From: Candidatus Gastranaerophilales bacterium
GTDB lineage: Bacteria > Cyanobacteriota > Vampirovibrionia > Gastranaerophilales > Gastranaerophilaceae
DNA length: 64,000 nucleotides
Assembly: GCA_944325535.1 (NCBI GenBank)
Contig: CALVAL010000001.1
Coordinates: forward strand, 1,925-65,924
Direction of reading: 5' to 3'
Part shown: piece after piece, positions 28,435-38,282 of the stretch
How the letters are laid out: every line of letters begins with the position of its first letter
How positions within the stretch are numbered: the stretch's first letter is position 1
Program-made: the position numbers and the translations under genes
The notes under the pieces: generated by a model
Seen by the model: the letters and a program-made list of their open reading frames with translations, nothing else
Databases searched by the model: none
What the model was told of the DNA's origin: nothing

Positions 28435-30486
28435 ATGTCTAATCAGTTAGAAAAACTAAAAAATAGCATAAAAAAAGAATATGTTAATAAATTTGGAATA
28501 AACCTGATGAAATCATCAGGTTTTATTCCAGTAGATAAAAGACAAAAGGATTTTTATGCTATATTAGACAAAAATAGAGCTTCAAATAAAGCTCAGGTTG
28601 TAGAAATTATAAAAAAAGAGTTCTCCGATCTGAATCCCCAGTTTTTAATTATAGAGAGTAGAGATTTTGAAGAAGTTTTTAAGTATGTTGAAAGTATAGT
28701 TGAATCAAATGTTATAGCTAGCAAACCTGAGAATATAGAAAAAGATTCTGAGCCATCTCCTGAAGAAATGTTAGTAAGTATAGGTTGGCTTACTAGTGAA
28801 CAGCTAAAAGAATGTATAGAAATTTCTAAAAATAAACAAATCCCTATTGATGCAGTTTTTCACGAGAAAGATTATCTTTCATATGAAAGGATTGTATCTT
28901 ATTTAAAAAAGAAATATGGTTGTGAGGTTATTTCTAAGTCTAATATTCAAGTAGATAAAACTATTTTAAAGTTATTACCGGATGATTTTATTGAAAAAAA
29001 GCATACTATTATTATGTCTATGGAGGATAATAATAAACTTGCTGTAGCGATGGTTAATCCTGCTGATAAGTACACTATTCGAGAAATTTCTTTATCAACA
29101 GGTCGTTCTTTAAATGTATATTGTATTCCCTATTTTGAATACGATATGTATTTAAAAGAATATTTTATGGAGAAAAAGTCTGAGAAGGCTGCTAAAGAAA
29201 CTGAAAGAATCATCCAAAGTATAGAAGAAGAAGCCGCTCAGTTCTCAAATGAAGAATCCTTATGGACGCAAGTAGAAAAGGAGCTTCAGGATTCTAGTGG
29301 TAATGTTGCAAAATTCGTATACAAAATTATTACAGATGCAATTGATGCTAAGGCCTCTGATATACATATTGAACCAAGAATAGGATACTATGTTGTAAGA
29401 GTTCGTTCTGATGGTATTTTAAAGAAAGTTCTTGAAATTCCAGGTAGTATTGAACAAGCTGTAATTACACGTTTTAAAGTTCTTGCAAGAATGAATATTG
29501 CTGAACATAGAAGACCTCAAGATGGTACTTTTTCTATTAAATATAATGATAGAATGTATGACTTTCGTATAAATACTTTACCAGTTTCGGGTAAAGAGAA
29601 AGTTGTAATTCGTATTTTGGCTCCTGCGGTTAGTTTAAAAGCTGCTGGAGATAAAATGATTATACCAGGTGCGTCTGAAAGTGATATTCAAAAAATTCAT
29701 GACATGGTTCAATCTCCTAATGGTATAATTTTGACATCTGGTCCTACAGGTTCTGGTAAAACGACAACTTTGTATACAATTTTAAAATCGCTTAATAAAG
29801 AAGATGTAAATATTACAACGATTGAGGATCCTATTGAAATTAAGTTGGAAGGTATTAATCAATCACAAGTTAATCCAAAGGCAGATATAACATTTGCTTC
29901 TTGTATGCGTGCGATATTAAGACAAGACCCTGATATTATTTTGATTGGTGAAATCCGTGACTTTGAAACTTTAGAGGTTGCTATTTCAGCAGCTTTAACA
30001 GGTCACTTAGTCTTGAGTACTGTTCACACAAATTCTGCAGCTGCCACTGTTACACGTCTGATTGAAATGGGTGCAAAAGATTATTTGGTATCATCAACTT
30101 TAACAGGGGTAATTGCTCAACGTCTTGTAAGAAGACTTTGTGATAAATGTAAAGAAGCATATTTCCCTACAGAAGAGGAAGCAAAGCATATTTCAACAAA
30201 TCCTAAGATTCAAGAAAAGCTTCTAAATACAAAGTTATATCGAAAAAAAGGCTGTAAAGATTGTGGTTATTTAGGATATACAGGACGTATAGGTATTTAT
30301 GAAGTTATGCCTATCACAAGAGAAATTAAAAAATTAATTGCGCAGGGTGCTCATGATATTGAAATTGAGGAAGCTGCCGTTGCAGCAGGAATGAAGACTC
30401 TTAAATATTCTTGTCTGAACCATATTATGGATGGAAATACGACGACAAGTGAATTTATAAGAGTATTAGGTTATGCAAGTGAATAA
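28435..30486 (+). CDS. GspE/PilB-family secretion ATPase
   Basis: Walker A GPTGSGKTTT, Asp box, Walker B ILIGEIRD, His box, CxxC...CxxC. Confidence 0.9.
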   Translation: MSNQLEKLKNSIKKEYVNKFGINLMKSSGFIPVDKRQKDFYAILDKNRASNKAQVVEIIKKEFSDLNPQFLIIESRDFEEVFKYVESIVESNVIASKPENIEKDSEPSPEEMLVSIGWLTSEQLKECIEISKNKQIPIDAVFHEKDYLSYERIVSYLKKKYGCEVISKSNIQVDKTILKLLPDDFIEKKHTIIMSMEDNNKLAVAMVNPADKYTIREISLSTGRSLNVYCIPYFEYDMYLKEYFMEKKSEKAAKETERIIQSIEEEAAQFSNEESLWTQVEKELQDSSGNVAKFVYKIITDAIDAKASDIHIEPRIGYYVVRVRSDGILKKVLEIPGSIEQAVITRFKVLARMNIAEHRRPQDGTFSIKYNDRMYDFRINTLPVSGKEKVVIRILAPAVSLKAAGDKMIIPGASESDIQKIHDMVQSPNGIILTSGPTGSGKTTTLYTILKSLNKEDVNITTIEDPIEIKLEGINQSQVNPKADITFASCMRAILRQDPDIILIGEIRDFETLEVAISAALTGHLVLSTVHTNSAAATVTRLIEMGAKDYLVSSTLTGVIAQRLVRRLCDKCKEAYFPTEEEAKHISTNPKIQEKLLNTKLYRKKGCKDCGYLGYTGRIGIYEVMPITREIKKLIAQGAHDIEIEEAAVAAGMKTLKYSCLNHIMDGNTTTSEFIRVLGYASE

Positions 30487-30503
30487 GAAAAAATGAGGTT
30501 TAT

Positions 30504-31703
30504 ATGCCAATATTTAGTTATACAGCTTTAAAGCAGGGAAAAGAAATTGTAAAAGGTGAGATAACTGCATCTAATTTAAAGGATGCAAAAGATGTCATTC
30601 GAAAAATGGGGCTTGTGCCTACAAAAATAAATGAATTTACGGAGGCAAAATCAAAAAAGGCAGCAAGAATTTCATCTCTTTCTTTAAGTGAGAAAATAGA
30701 TTTTATATCAACATTACAAATTCTTTTAACATCAGGTATCCCTGCTGTAGAATCTTTAATGTTCATGGAGCAAGAAGCTGCTAAAAAGAAAATTAGAGAT
30801 ATGTCAAAAATATTAAAAACACAAATTATGGCAGGTTCTACATTTGCTGATACTCTTGCTCGGTATCCTCAAGTATTTGGATATATTTTTATTGGTTTAA
30901 TAAAAGCAGGGGAAGAATCCGGTGAATTAGAAAAAACTTTGGGACGTATTAAGGATTTATTGACGAAGCAATCGAATATTAAAGGCAAAGTTATTGGGAC
31001 TCTAATGTATCCGATGTTCGTAGTAGTATTGGCATTCTTAATTACGATAGTTATGTTGGTCTTTGTATTCCCAGCTTTTAAAGAAATGTTTGAACAACAA
31101 GAAAAGGCTCTACCTTTAATTACTTCAATTATGATAAATGCGGGTGACTATTTAAAAACTTATTGGTATACCATTCCAATATTTATAGTAGCATTTATCG
31201 TGTTTGTTATAGTTATTTTTAGATGGCAGCCTGCAAGGAACATTTTGGATAAGCTTGTTTTAAAAATACCTTTATTAAATAACTTAATTATGTATTCTAA
31301 TTATTCAAACTTTTTATCAGTAATGAGCGTATCTTATGATGCAGGTATTCCAATTGTTGATTGTTTGCATTTGGCTGTAATTACGCTTACAAATTCTGTA
31401 TTAAAAAATAAATTAAGTGGTGCAATTGTAAAGGTTCAACAAGGTCTGCAAGTTTCTCAAGCGTTTAAAGCAACAAAAATTGTACCTAAAATGTTACTAT
31501 TTATGATAGCAACAGGTGAGCAATCAGGTCGTTTGGGTGATATGCTTGAAAAAGGTGTAAATTTCTTGGATAAAACTTTGGACGGTATCATTGATACTAT
31601 GACTAAAATGATTGAACCGATTATGCTTATTGTTATAGGTAGTATTGTTTTAGTTATGGCATTGGCACTATACTTACCACTGTTCCAATCTTATATGAGT
31701 TAA
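30504..31703 (+). CDS. GspF/PilC-family platform protein
   Basis: 399 aa. Duplicated T2SSF-type domain with 3 TM segments. Confidence 0.85.
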   Translation: MPIFSYTALKQGKEIVKGEITASNLKDAKDVIRKMGLVPTKINEFTEAKSKKAARISSLSLSEKIDFISTLQILLTSGIPAVESLMFMEQEAAKKKIRDMSKILKTQIMAGSTFADTLARYPQVFGYIFIGLIKAGEESGELEKTLGRIKDLLTKQSNIKGKVIGTLMYPMFVVVLAFLITIVMLVFVFPAFKEMFEQQEKALPLITSIMINAGDYLKTYWYTIPIFIVAFIVFVIVIFRWQPARNILDKLVLKIPLLNNLIMYSNYSNFLSVMSVSYDAGIPIVDCLHLAVITLTNSVLKNKLSGAIVKVQQGLQVSQAFKATKIVPKMLLFMIATGEQSGRLGDMLEKGVNFLDKTLDGIIDTMTKMIEPIMLIVIGSIVLVMALALYLPLFQSYMS

Positions 31704-31718
31704 AAGAAAGTTTAAGCT

Positions 31719-32000
31719 ATGGAAAATAACGAAATTTTAGAATTAACAACTTCCGCATGGAGAGAAAAGGTTTATATAGAAACGACTGAGTATGTAATTA
31801 AGGGCTATGTTTTCATGCCAAAAATTGGAAAAAGAAACAGGCTTTTATCAGAAGTTTTAAATACTAATAAACAATTTATTGCTGTTAAGAATTGTTCAAT
31901 GGAGTCTAAGTTGATACCACAAAAAGAAGTTGAGTACCATGACTTTATTCAAGTGAATATTTCTACAATATTAATTATGAGACCATTAAATGAAGACTAA
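31719..32000 (+). CDS. Hypothetical 93-aa protein at the end of the secretion cluster
   Basis: ORF only. Confidence 0.45.
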   Translation: MENNEILELTTSAWREKVYIETTEYVIKGYVFMPKIGKRNRLLSEVLNTNKQFIAVKNCSMESKLIPQKEVEYHDFIQVNISTILIMRPLNED

Positions 32001-32808
32001 AACTTATGTTATTACAGGCTCAACCTCTGGAATCGGAAAAGCATTAATAGAAAAATTGTCTGATAATAATATTGTATTTGCAGGGTATAGAAAAAAGAAC
32101 AGTGAAGATGAGTTACATAAAATTTCTTCAAACATTTATCCTTTTTATATAGATTATGCAAAACCAGAGACTATAAAGTTGGCATCTGATTATATTCTAT
32201 CAAAATGTACTAAAATTGATACTTTAGTGAATATTGCAGGTGCAGTTGTTGCAGGACCAATTGAAAGAATTGAGATTTCAGAATTAAAAAAACAGTTTGA
32301 TGTTAATACTTTTGGACATTTAGAATTCTCAAGAAATCTATTAGATGTCTTGAATGGAGGTAAAATTATAAACATAAGTTCAATGGCAAGTTATGGAGTT
32401 TTTCCTTTTATTGCTCCATATTGTGCATCTAAAAAGTGTCTTGATATGTTATTTAATTCACTTTTGTTAGAAACTAAAAAAAATATAAAAATTATTTCTG
32501 TAAAGCCCGGTGTAATATCAACTCCTTTATGGGAAAAATCAATTCAAGAAAATTCAAAACATTTTAATATCTCTCAAGGATATGAAAAAGAAATGCAATT
32601 TTTAATCGCAAATGCTAAAAAAAATTCAACAAAAGGACTTAATGTAGAAAAAGTTGTTAATAAAATTATACAAATTGATAATACAAAAAATCCCAAATTA
32701 TCTTATAATATAGGATTTGATGCCATTTGCGTAAGCATATTATCAAAATTACCACAAAAATACGTAAATTATGGTATTAAATACCTAATGAAATACAGAA
32801 TTAAATAA
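31990..32808 (+). CDS. Short-chain dehydrogenase/reductase
   Basis: TGSTSGIGKAL cofactor motif, catalytic YCASKK. Confidence 0.85.
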   Translation: MKTKTYVITGSTSGIGKALIEKLSDNNIVFAGYRKKNSEDELHKISSNIYPFYIDYAKPETIKLASDYILSKCTKIDTLVNIAGAVVAGPIERIEISELKKQFDVNTFGHLEFSRNLLDVLNGGKIINISSMASYGVFPFIAPYCASKKCLDMLFNSLLLETKKNIKIISVKPGVISTPLWEKSIQENSKHFNISQGYEKEMQFLIANAKKNSTKGLNVEKVVNKIIQIDNTKNPKLSYNIGFDAICVSILSKLPQKYVNYGIKYLMKYRIK

Positions 32809-32962
32809 TAAAATAAAAAAAAGACCTTGTATAAATAACCAAGGCCTGTCCGTTTAAATAAGAAGAGAGAGCTTTATACTATACTTAAAAGCTCTAAATT
32901 TATTTTTTTGCTAGTTAGGTGTCAAATGTTTTACAAAACTTTACAAAGTGTTGGTAATTTTT

Positions 32963-32988
32963 TGAACTTTTACAAATATTTTTCGTTA
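32963..32988 (+). promoter_or_regulatory. ECF-type promoter (TGAAC-N16-CGTTA)
   Basis: TGAAC at 32963-32967 and CGTTA at 32984-32988, 22 nt upstream of the operon ATG. Confidence 0.45.
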
Positions 32989-33010
32989 TACTGATATAGA
33001 GGTAAAAAAT

Positions 33011-33358
33011 ATGGATAATAAATGTTCAAAATACGAAAGCTTATTTGTTTTTTCTGATGATGAGACTTTAAAAAAGCATCTAGAAGAATGCGAGGATTGT
33101 CAAAAAGAACATGAGACAATGCAAAAAGTTTCAGATTTGATTGGTGAAGTGAAGTTTTATTATAGAAAAAAGCAGAAAAAAGTATTAAATTTTAAAGTAG
33201 CTTGTGCTATGAGCTTGGTGTTATTTTCATCATTATCTTTTGGCATAATAGCATCAAATGATGATTTGGTAGATACGTTACGTTATGGTGATAGCCTTTC
33301 TGCAGAAGATTTAGGTTTTCCTGTCGATTCATATGGCTTATTGATGGTGGATGAATGA
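33011..33358 (+). CDS. Anti-sigma factor (zf-HC2-like, single TM)
   Basis: HLEECEDCQKEH motif and a central TM. ATGA overlap with the sigma gene. Confidence 0.6.
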   Translation: MDNKCSKYESLFVFSDDETLKKHLEECEDCQKEHETMQKVSDLIGEVKFYYRKKQKKVLNFKVACAMSLVLFSSLSFGIIASNDDLVDTLRYGDSLSAEDLGFPVDSYGLLMVDE

Positions 33359-33852
33359 ATTTTAATGAAATAATTAAAAATAATAAAAATAATGTAAGAA
33401 ATATAATAAGATTAATTACAAAACAAGATAATGAGGATATAGAACAAGAAGTATACATCAAAATTTGGAAGAACAAGGAAAAATATAGGGAAAAGGGTTC
33501 TTTTAAAAGTTGGGTGAATACTATTGCAAAAAATACATCAAAAGATTATTTAAAATCTGCGGTTGTAAAAAATGAACAAAACTCAACTTCTGATGAGCTT
33601 GCGCTGAATAATATTAAAGATAAAAAGAATAATCCGGAAGATTCTTTAATCTTAAGTGAAAGACAAAAAATAATAATAGAAGCTATTGATAGTTTAAAAC
33701 CAAAATTTAAAGAAGTGATTATGTTATGTGAAATAGAAGGGCATACTTATGAAAATGCAGCTAAAAAGCTTAATTGCCCTTTGGGTACAATAAAATCAAG
33801 AATATACAATGCTAAAAAGGATTTAGCAGAAAAATTGAAAGATTTGTTATAA
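33355..33852 (+). CDS. ECF-type RNA polymerase sigma factor
   Basis: Region 2 (EQEVYIKIWKN...) and region 4 HTH (YENAAKKLNCPLGTIKSRIYNAKKDL). Confidence 0.85.
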   Translation: MNFNEIIKNNKNNVRNIIRLITKQDNEDIEQEVYIKIWKNKEKYREKGSFKSWVNTIAKNTSKDYLKSAVVKNEQNSTSDELALNNIKDKKNNPEDSLILSERQKIIIEAIDSLKPKFKEVIMLCEIEGHTYENAAKKLNCPLGTIKSRIYNAKKDLAEKLKDLL

Positions 33853-33868
33853 AAAAGAGAGGTGAATT

Positions 33869-34393
33869 ATGAAAAAATTAGCAGTTTTATTATGTGCATT
33901 ATGTGTATTTTCTACTGTAGCAAAAGCAGCTGAAGAAAATATCCAAAATCCAAATGAAGGAATAAAAACTCCTCCTACAAAAGAAGAAATGATGGCAAAA
34001 AGACAAGCTAGAGAAGCTGCTTTGGAGCAAAAACTTGGACTTACTGAAGAACAAAAAGTCAAAGCTAAAGAAATTAGAATGCAAGGGCATGAAAAATTAA
34101 AACCAATTTTTGATCAAATACGAAATAAGAAAAAAGAAGCAGAAATGGTTAAGTTATCAAGAATAGCAACTTGGGCTCAAGAAGAAAAATTAGCTAAGAT
34201 AGATAAAGAAATCCAAGACCTTAAAAAACAAGCAAATGAAATAAGAAAAGAAAATATGAAAGAATTTGAATCAATTTTGACTAAAGATCAGAAGAAAATA
34301 TTGAAGCAAATGAAAAAAGAAGGTCGTAAAAAATTTGAACAAAGACACAAAAATCAACATCCTGTAAAACCGGTGTTAGAAGAAAATAAATAA
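33869..34393 (+). CDS. Spy/CpxP-like periplasmic protein (LTxxQ motifs)
   Basis: Signal peptide. LTEEQKVKAKEI and LTKDQKKILKQM. Confidence 0.55.
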   Translation: MKKLAVLLCALCVFSTVAKAAEENIQNPNEGIKTPPTKEEMMAKRQAREAALEQKLGLTEEQKVKAKEIRMQGHEKLKPIFDQIRNKKKEAEMVKLSRIATWAQEEKLAKIDKEIQDLKKQANEIRKENMKEFESILTKDQKKILKQMKKEGRKKFEQRHKNQHPVKPVLEENK

Positions 34394-34405
34394 ATTAATT
34401 AATTA

Positions 34406-34440
34406 AATGGCGGATTTTCATTATGAAAGTCCGCCATTTT
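34406..34440. terminator. Bidirectional terminator
   Basis: AATGGCGGA...TCCGCCATTTT between convergent genes. Confidence 0.7.
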
Positions 34441-34465
34441 GTAGTGCATTGTGTATTAAAGTGTG

Positions 34466-35752
34466 TTAATTATTTGTTTCAATTGCTCTAGTTGCTGCTA
34501 GAGATACCTGTGGATTAGTATCTGCTTGAGCTAGAGTGTATATAGTATTTAATTCTTCTTTGTATTCAGGTCTTTGAATATGTCTAAGGGCATCTATAGC
34601 TGCAATTTTTACTCCTGAATTAGGGTTATATCTTAAAGCATCAACGATTGCAGAGCTTCCAGGGATGTCTGTTAGAGGAACAATATTTCCAGTTTGTTTT
34701 TCTACTTCATCAGTGTATACTTTAGCTAGGATTGCCATTGTATATAAAGCATATTCTTTGTTTCTTTCAGCTTGTTCCATTGGAGAGATTTCATTTGCTA
34801 ATTGAATTTCTTTTTGAGTTAGCTCGAATGGAAGTTTTTCTGCTTTTGGGTTTTCTTCTAATGCTATTACGTTAGCAATGACTTTTTTTCTTGCATCTAT
34901 TTGTTCTTCAGTTGGAGTTGCTAGGTTTGCAGAATCTTTCTTAGTGATGTCTATTAATGCTGAAAAAACATCTCTTACGATATATGGTACAGCATTTTGA
35001 GGATTATCTAATGATATTCTTGCGATTTCTTCCATTTGTTGAGCTTGAATATCGTAATCAGAATTTGTTAAATTAGAAATAATTAGAGGAATATCAACAC
35101 TTGGTTTAATCTCTTCTCCTTCAATAATTTCTGGTCTTTTTATTTCAATCTTTTCGTTTTTTTCAATATCTTCAGCTTCATTGGCTTTTACTTCTTTATC
35201 GATATTCTCATTAGATTTTGTTTCAGCTATATTGTTCTCATTTTCTGTTTGAGTAGCAATGTTTTCTGCTTTTTCAGCTTCTACTGTTGTATAGTTAGCA
35301 GCTGGAGGTTCTATATTATTTGTTGTGTCTATTTCTGAAGAGGATTCTTCTACAGGTTCTTCTTCAACTAAAATATTTTCATTTTCATCATTTAATTTAG
35401 CTTCTTCTGTTTCTTGTTCATTATCAGGAGCTTCAATTTCTACTTCATTTTCAATTTTAGGAAGTATAACGTTTGTTGTTTGATAAGCTACATGAAAACC
35501 TCTTGGTAAGTTAATTGGTTCAATATTTGCCATATCATATGTAATAGGTCCTTCTGCTATAGGATAATCATAAATTCTTTTTGGATTAGTATTAACAGTA
35601 GGATTGTCTATTTGTATATTTACAGCATTATAGATTCCACTATCGTCAGAATAGCTGTTTGTCTGCTCTTTATTTACTGTTGGATTTTTTATATTAATTT
35701 TGACCGCATTATAGTTAGGTCTATTCATTCCGTTATCAATTGATTGAACCAT
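34466..35752 (-). CDS. HEAT-repeat protein with acidic linker and duplicated N-terminal YNAVxIxIxNPTVN motif
   Basis: C-terminal HEAT/PBS-lyase-like repeats (...VKIAAIDALRHI..., ...VSLAATRAIE). Confidence 0.55.
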   Translation of the reverse strand: MVQSIDNGMNRPNYNAVKINIKNPTVNKEQTNSYSDDSGIYNAVNIQIDNPTVNTNPKRIYDYPIAEGPITYDMANIEPINLPRGFHVAYQTTNVILPKIENEVEIEAPDNEQETEEAKLNDENENILVEEEPVEESSSEIDTTNNIEPPAANYTTVEAEKAENIATQTENENNIAETKSNENIDKEVKANEAEDIEKNEKIEIKRPEIIEGEEIKPSVDIPLIISNLTNSDYDIQAQQMEEIARISLDNPQNAVPYIVRDVFSALIDITKKDSANLATPTEEQIDARKKVIANVIALEENPKAEKLPFELTQKEIQLANEISPMEQAERNKEYALYTMAILAKVYTDEVEKQTGNIVPLTDIPGSSAIVDALRYNPNSGVKIAAIDALRHIQRPEYKEELNTIYTLAQADTNPQVSLAATRAIETNN

Positions 35753-35846
35753 TTAATACACTTCCTTTCGACATATACACTTTCAGTAATTTTAATACCC
35801 CTCAAAAATAAAAATTGCTATAAAATTTTTCTTTTTTTACAATTAT

Positions 35847-36449
35847 TTACAAATTTATGACATCTAATCCACGGAATTCAAATATTGTTTTTGTTTTGTT
35901 TTTCAATTTTTCTTCAGCTAGGATTGTTCCAACAATTGCTTCAAGCTGTGCTACAGGCATCATATTATTGGGTAGACTGTCAAATCCATACTCAAATTTT
36001 AATGCAGACTGTAAAAATTTACAATCAGCAGATGATCTTTCTTTGTAGTTTGAGTACAGATTCATTTTTTGTCTTGTAAGATATGTTTCATACCTAGAGA
36101 TATCAACCCCGCTATTTTTTAAATTTAAGAGTAATTCACTTCCTCTAGTAGAAAATCTTTGCATCCAATTGTCTTTATTTATAAATCGTTCTTCTTCAGA
36201 GTGTATTAGTTGATATGGTTTTGAAAGCACTCGCCATTTCCCCTCAAGCATTGTATTATCCCAAGGTAGAGAAACGCATATTATTGAGTTTTTAAGTGAA
36301 ACATAATTTTCAAAAAAAAGTTGAACATCATTCATAGAAAATAATTTATCAACATAAATTAAATTTCTACTTGAAATTTCTCTTACAGCAACTCCACTTT
36401 CGATTGATGATGATGCACCTAGTGATATTCCTACAATATGTGTAATCAT
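35847..36449 (-). CDS. Hypothetical protein, third gene of the motAB operon (weak RNase-H-fold/DUF429-like resemblance)
   Basis: 4-nt overlap with the motB stop. N-terminal IVGISLG in place of the usual GIDxx motif. Confidence 0.4.
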   Translation of the reverse strand: MITHIVGISLGASSSIESGVAVREISSRNLIYVDKLFSMNDVQLFFENYVSLKNSIICVSLPWDNTMLEGKWRVLSKPYQLIHSEEERFINKDNWMQRFSTRGSELLLNLKNSGVDISRYETYLTRQKMNLYSNYKERSSADCKFLQSALKFEYGFDSLPNNMMPVAQLEAIVGTILAEEKLKNKTKTIFEFRGLDVINL

Positions 36450-37525
36450 AGACCAAAATCCTCGTCTTCAGGGATATTGGAATTTAATTTTATTACTCGT
36501 CTTTCAATTGCAGGCATGATATTTTCTTCATTGTCTTTAGAATCATTTTCTAAGTTTACATAAAGCTCCATATTTCTAGGTGATAATTTTTCGCTTTTTT
36601 GTTTTTCAATCATTCTTTTATGATGATCTTCAAGTAATTTTCTAGCTGCAGGAGAAATAGAATCGCCTTCTACGGATGCGATAACTTCCATTCTTTGTTT
36701 TTGAATCTTTTCTTGTTGGGATTTTGTAAGATTCATTGTATTATCATTTCTTGTATCAAATTGTCTTTTATATTTATTTTTTAGTATCAGAATTTCAACA
36801 CGTCTATTAATTGGATCTTTTGGAGAAATAGAATTTTCTAAAGGTCTTGTATCAGCATATCCAACTGCTGAAAATAGTGAAGGAGAGAATTTGAATCTAT
36901 CGATCATGTATCTTACAACAGATGAAGCTCTTGCTGCTGATAGTTCCCAGTTTGAAGGATATTGTACAGTACGGATAGGATCACTATCTGTGTGTCCTTC
37001 TATTCGCATTGCGTGGAGTACAAATTTTTTGCAAATAAGTACACCTACTTTGTCCAAAAGTTTTTTAGCATTTGAATCAAGATAAGCAGAAGCTGGTGCA
37101 AAAAGGTATTTATCATCAAAGGTTAGAAGAAGACCTTTATCTGTTATTTTAGAAGTTATACCTTCTAATTCTCCTGCTTCTTTAAGTTCTTGGATACTTT
37201 CATCAATTTCTTTAAAAGATTCTTCTTCGTATTTAGGACTTATATATTCAAGCATTAAACTAGGAATGAATGAATTTGCTTGTTGTTGATCAAATAAAGA
37301 GTCGCTGCCATCCATAATTGATTGTTGTCCATCAAATAAAGCTCCTTGGCTAAATGCTTGTTTTAATGAATCTTCCAGTTTTGCAAAATCAGAAGCATCT
37401 ACTTGTGCAAGTGCATATAATACTACAAATGTAGCGAAAAGCAGAGTAATAAAGTCTGCATAAGAAACAAGCCATCTTTCTAGATTTTCATGTTCAGGAT
37501 GTTTCTTTTTTCTAGCCATTAGCAC
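36446..37525 (-). CDS. motB: MotB-type stator protein (OmpA-like C-terminal domain) with long C-terminal extension
   Basis: ERWLVSYADFITLLFATFVVLYA; IEGHTDSDP...NWELSAARA. Confidence 0.85.
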   Translation of the reverse strand: MLMARKKKHPEHENLERWLVSYADFITLLFATFVVLYALAQVDASDFAKLEDSLKQAFSQGALFDGQQSIMDGSDSLFDQQQANSFIPSLMLEYISPKYEEESFKEIDESIQELKEAGELEGITSKITDKGLLLTFDDKYLFAPASAYLDSNAKKLLDKVGVLICKKFVLHAMRIEGHTDSDPIRTVQYPSNWELSAARASSVVRYMIDRFKFSPSLFSAVGYADTRPLENSISPKDPINRRVEILILKNKYKRQFDTRNDNTMNLTKSQQEKIQKQRMEVIASVEGDSISPAARKLLEDHHKRMIEKQKSEKLSPRNMELYVNLENDSKDNEENIMPAIERRVIKLNSNIPEDEDFGL

Positions 37526-38282
37526 CTTCTTCTTTTGGTTTTTCTAAAATAAATGAGCGAAGTTTTCTCTCAATTAATACAGGGCTTTCTCCTGCTTGGA
37601 TTGATAGAACTCCTTCTAGGATGATATTTTTATATAAAAATACATCTTGATAAATGAATTTGATACGCGTACTAATAGGAATCATGACTAAGTTAGCTGC
37701 AAATAGACCATAAATTGTAGCGACGAAAGCAACCGCAATACCAGCACCTAGTTTAGATGGATCAGAAAGGTTTTGCATTACTTGAATCAGACCCATAACA
37801 GCACCGATGATACCTAATGTAGGAGAATATCCACCAAAAGATTCGAATACTTTAGAGGCACCATTTACATAATTTTCTAGTTGTTCAATCTGGTTTTCTA
37901 GCATTTCTCTTACTAATGTCGGATCAGTACCGTCAGCAACCGCGCCTAATCCAAGTGTCAAAAGGGTATCAGAAGCATTATTAGCTTCTTTTTCAAGTGA
38001 GATTATACCTTCTTTTCTAGCTTTTGTAGCAAAACCGCCAATTTCAGTGATTAGAGCTTCGAAATCAACTTTTGGAGGCATAAATACATTTTTAAGCATT
38101 TTGATTGCAGACATAAGTGTAGCAGGAGGAAAACTCAAAAGTACAGCACCAGTAGTACCACCTAATACGATAAATGCTGCGGTGATTTGTAAAAGTTGAC
38201 CGATGTTACCGCCTTCCATTGCTTGACCGATCAAAATCATTGTAATACCGAAAAATAGGCCTATGACGGCAAATATATCCAT
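37512..38282 (-). CDS. motA: MotA-type proton-channel stator protein
   Basis: 256 aa with a 4-TM MotA/PomA pattern. Overlaps motB. Confidence 0.85.
   Translation of the reverse strand: MDIFAVIGLFFGITMILIGQAMEGGNIGQLLQITAAFIVLGGTTGAVLLSFPPATLMSAIKMLKNVFMPPKVDFEALITEIGGFATKARKEGIISLEKEANNASDTLLTLGLGAVADGTDPTLVREMLENQIEQLENYVNGASKVFESFGGYSPTLGIIGAVMGLIQVMQNLSDPSKLGAGIAVAFVATIYGLFAANLVMIPISTRIKFIYQDVFLYKNIILEGVLSIQAGESPVLIERKLRSFILEKPKEEGANG

Noticed and set aside
35847-38282. The MotA/MotB homologues could be the ZorA/ZorB core of a Zorya anti-phage system.
   Set aside because: MotA here is 256 aa with no long C-terminal tail as in ZorA. No ZorC/ZorD-like (helicase/nuclease) genes follow. The sequences show standard flagellar-stator motifs.
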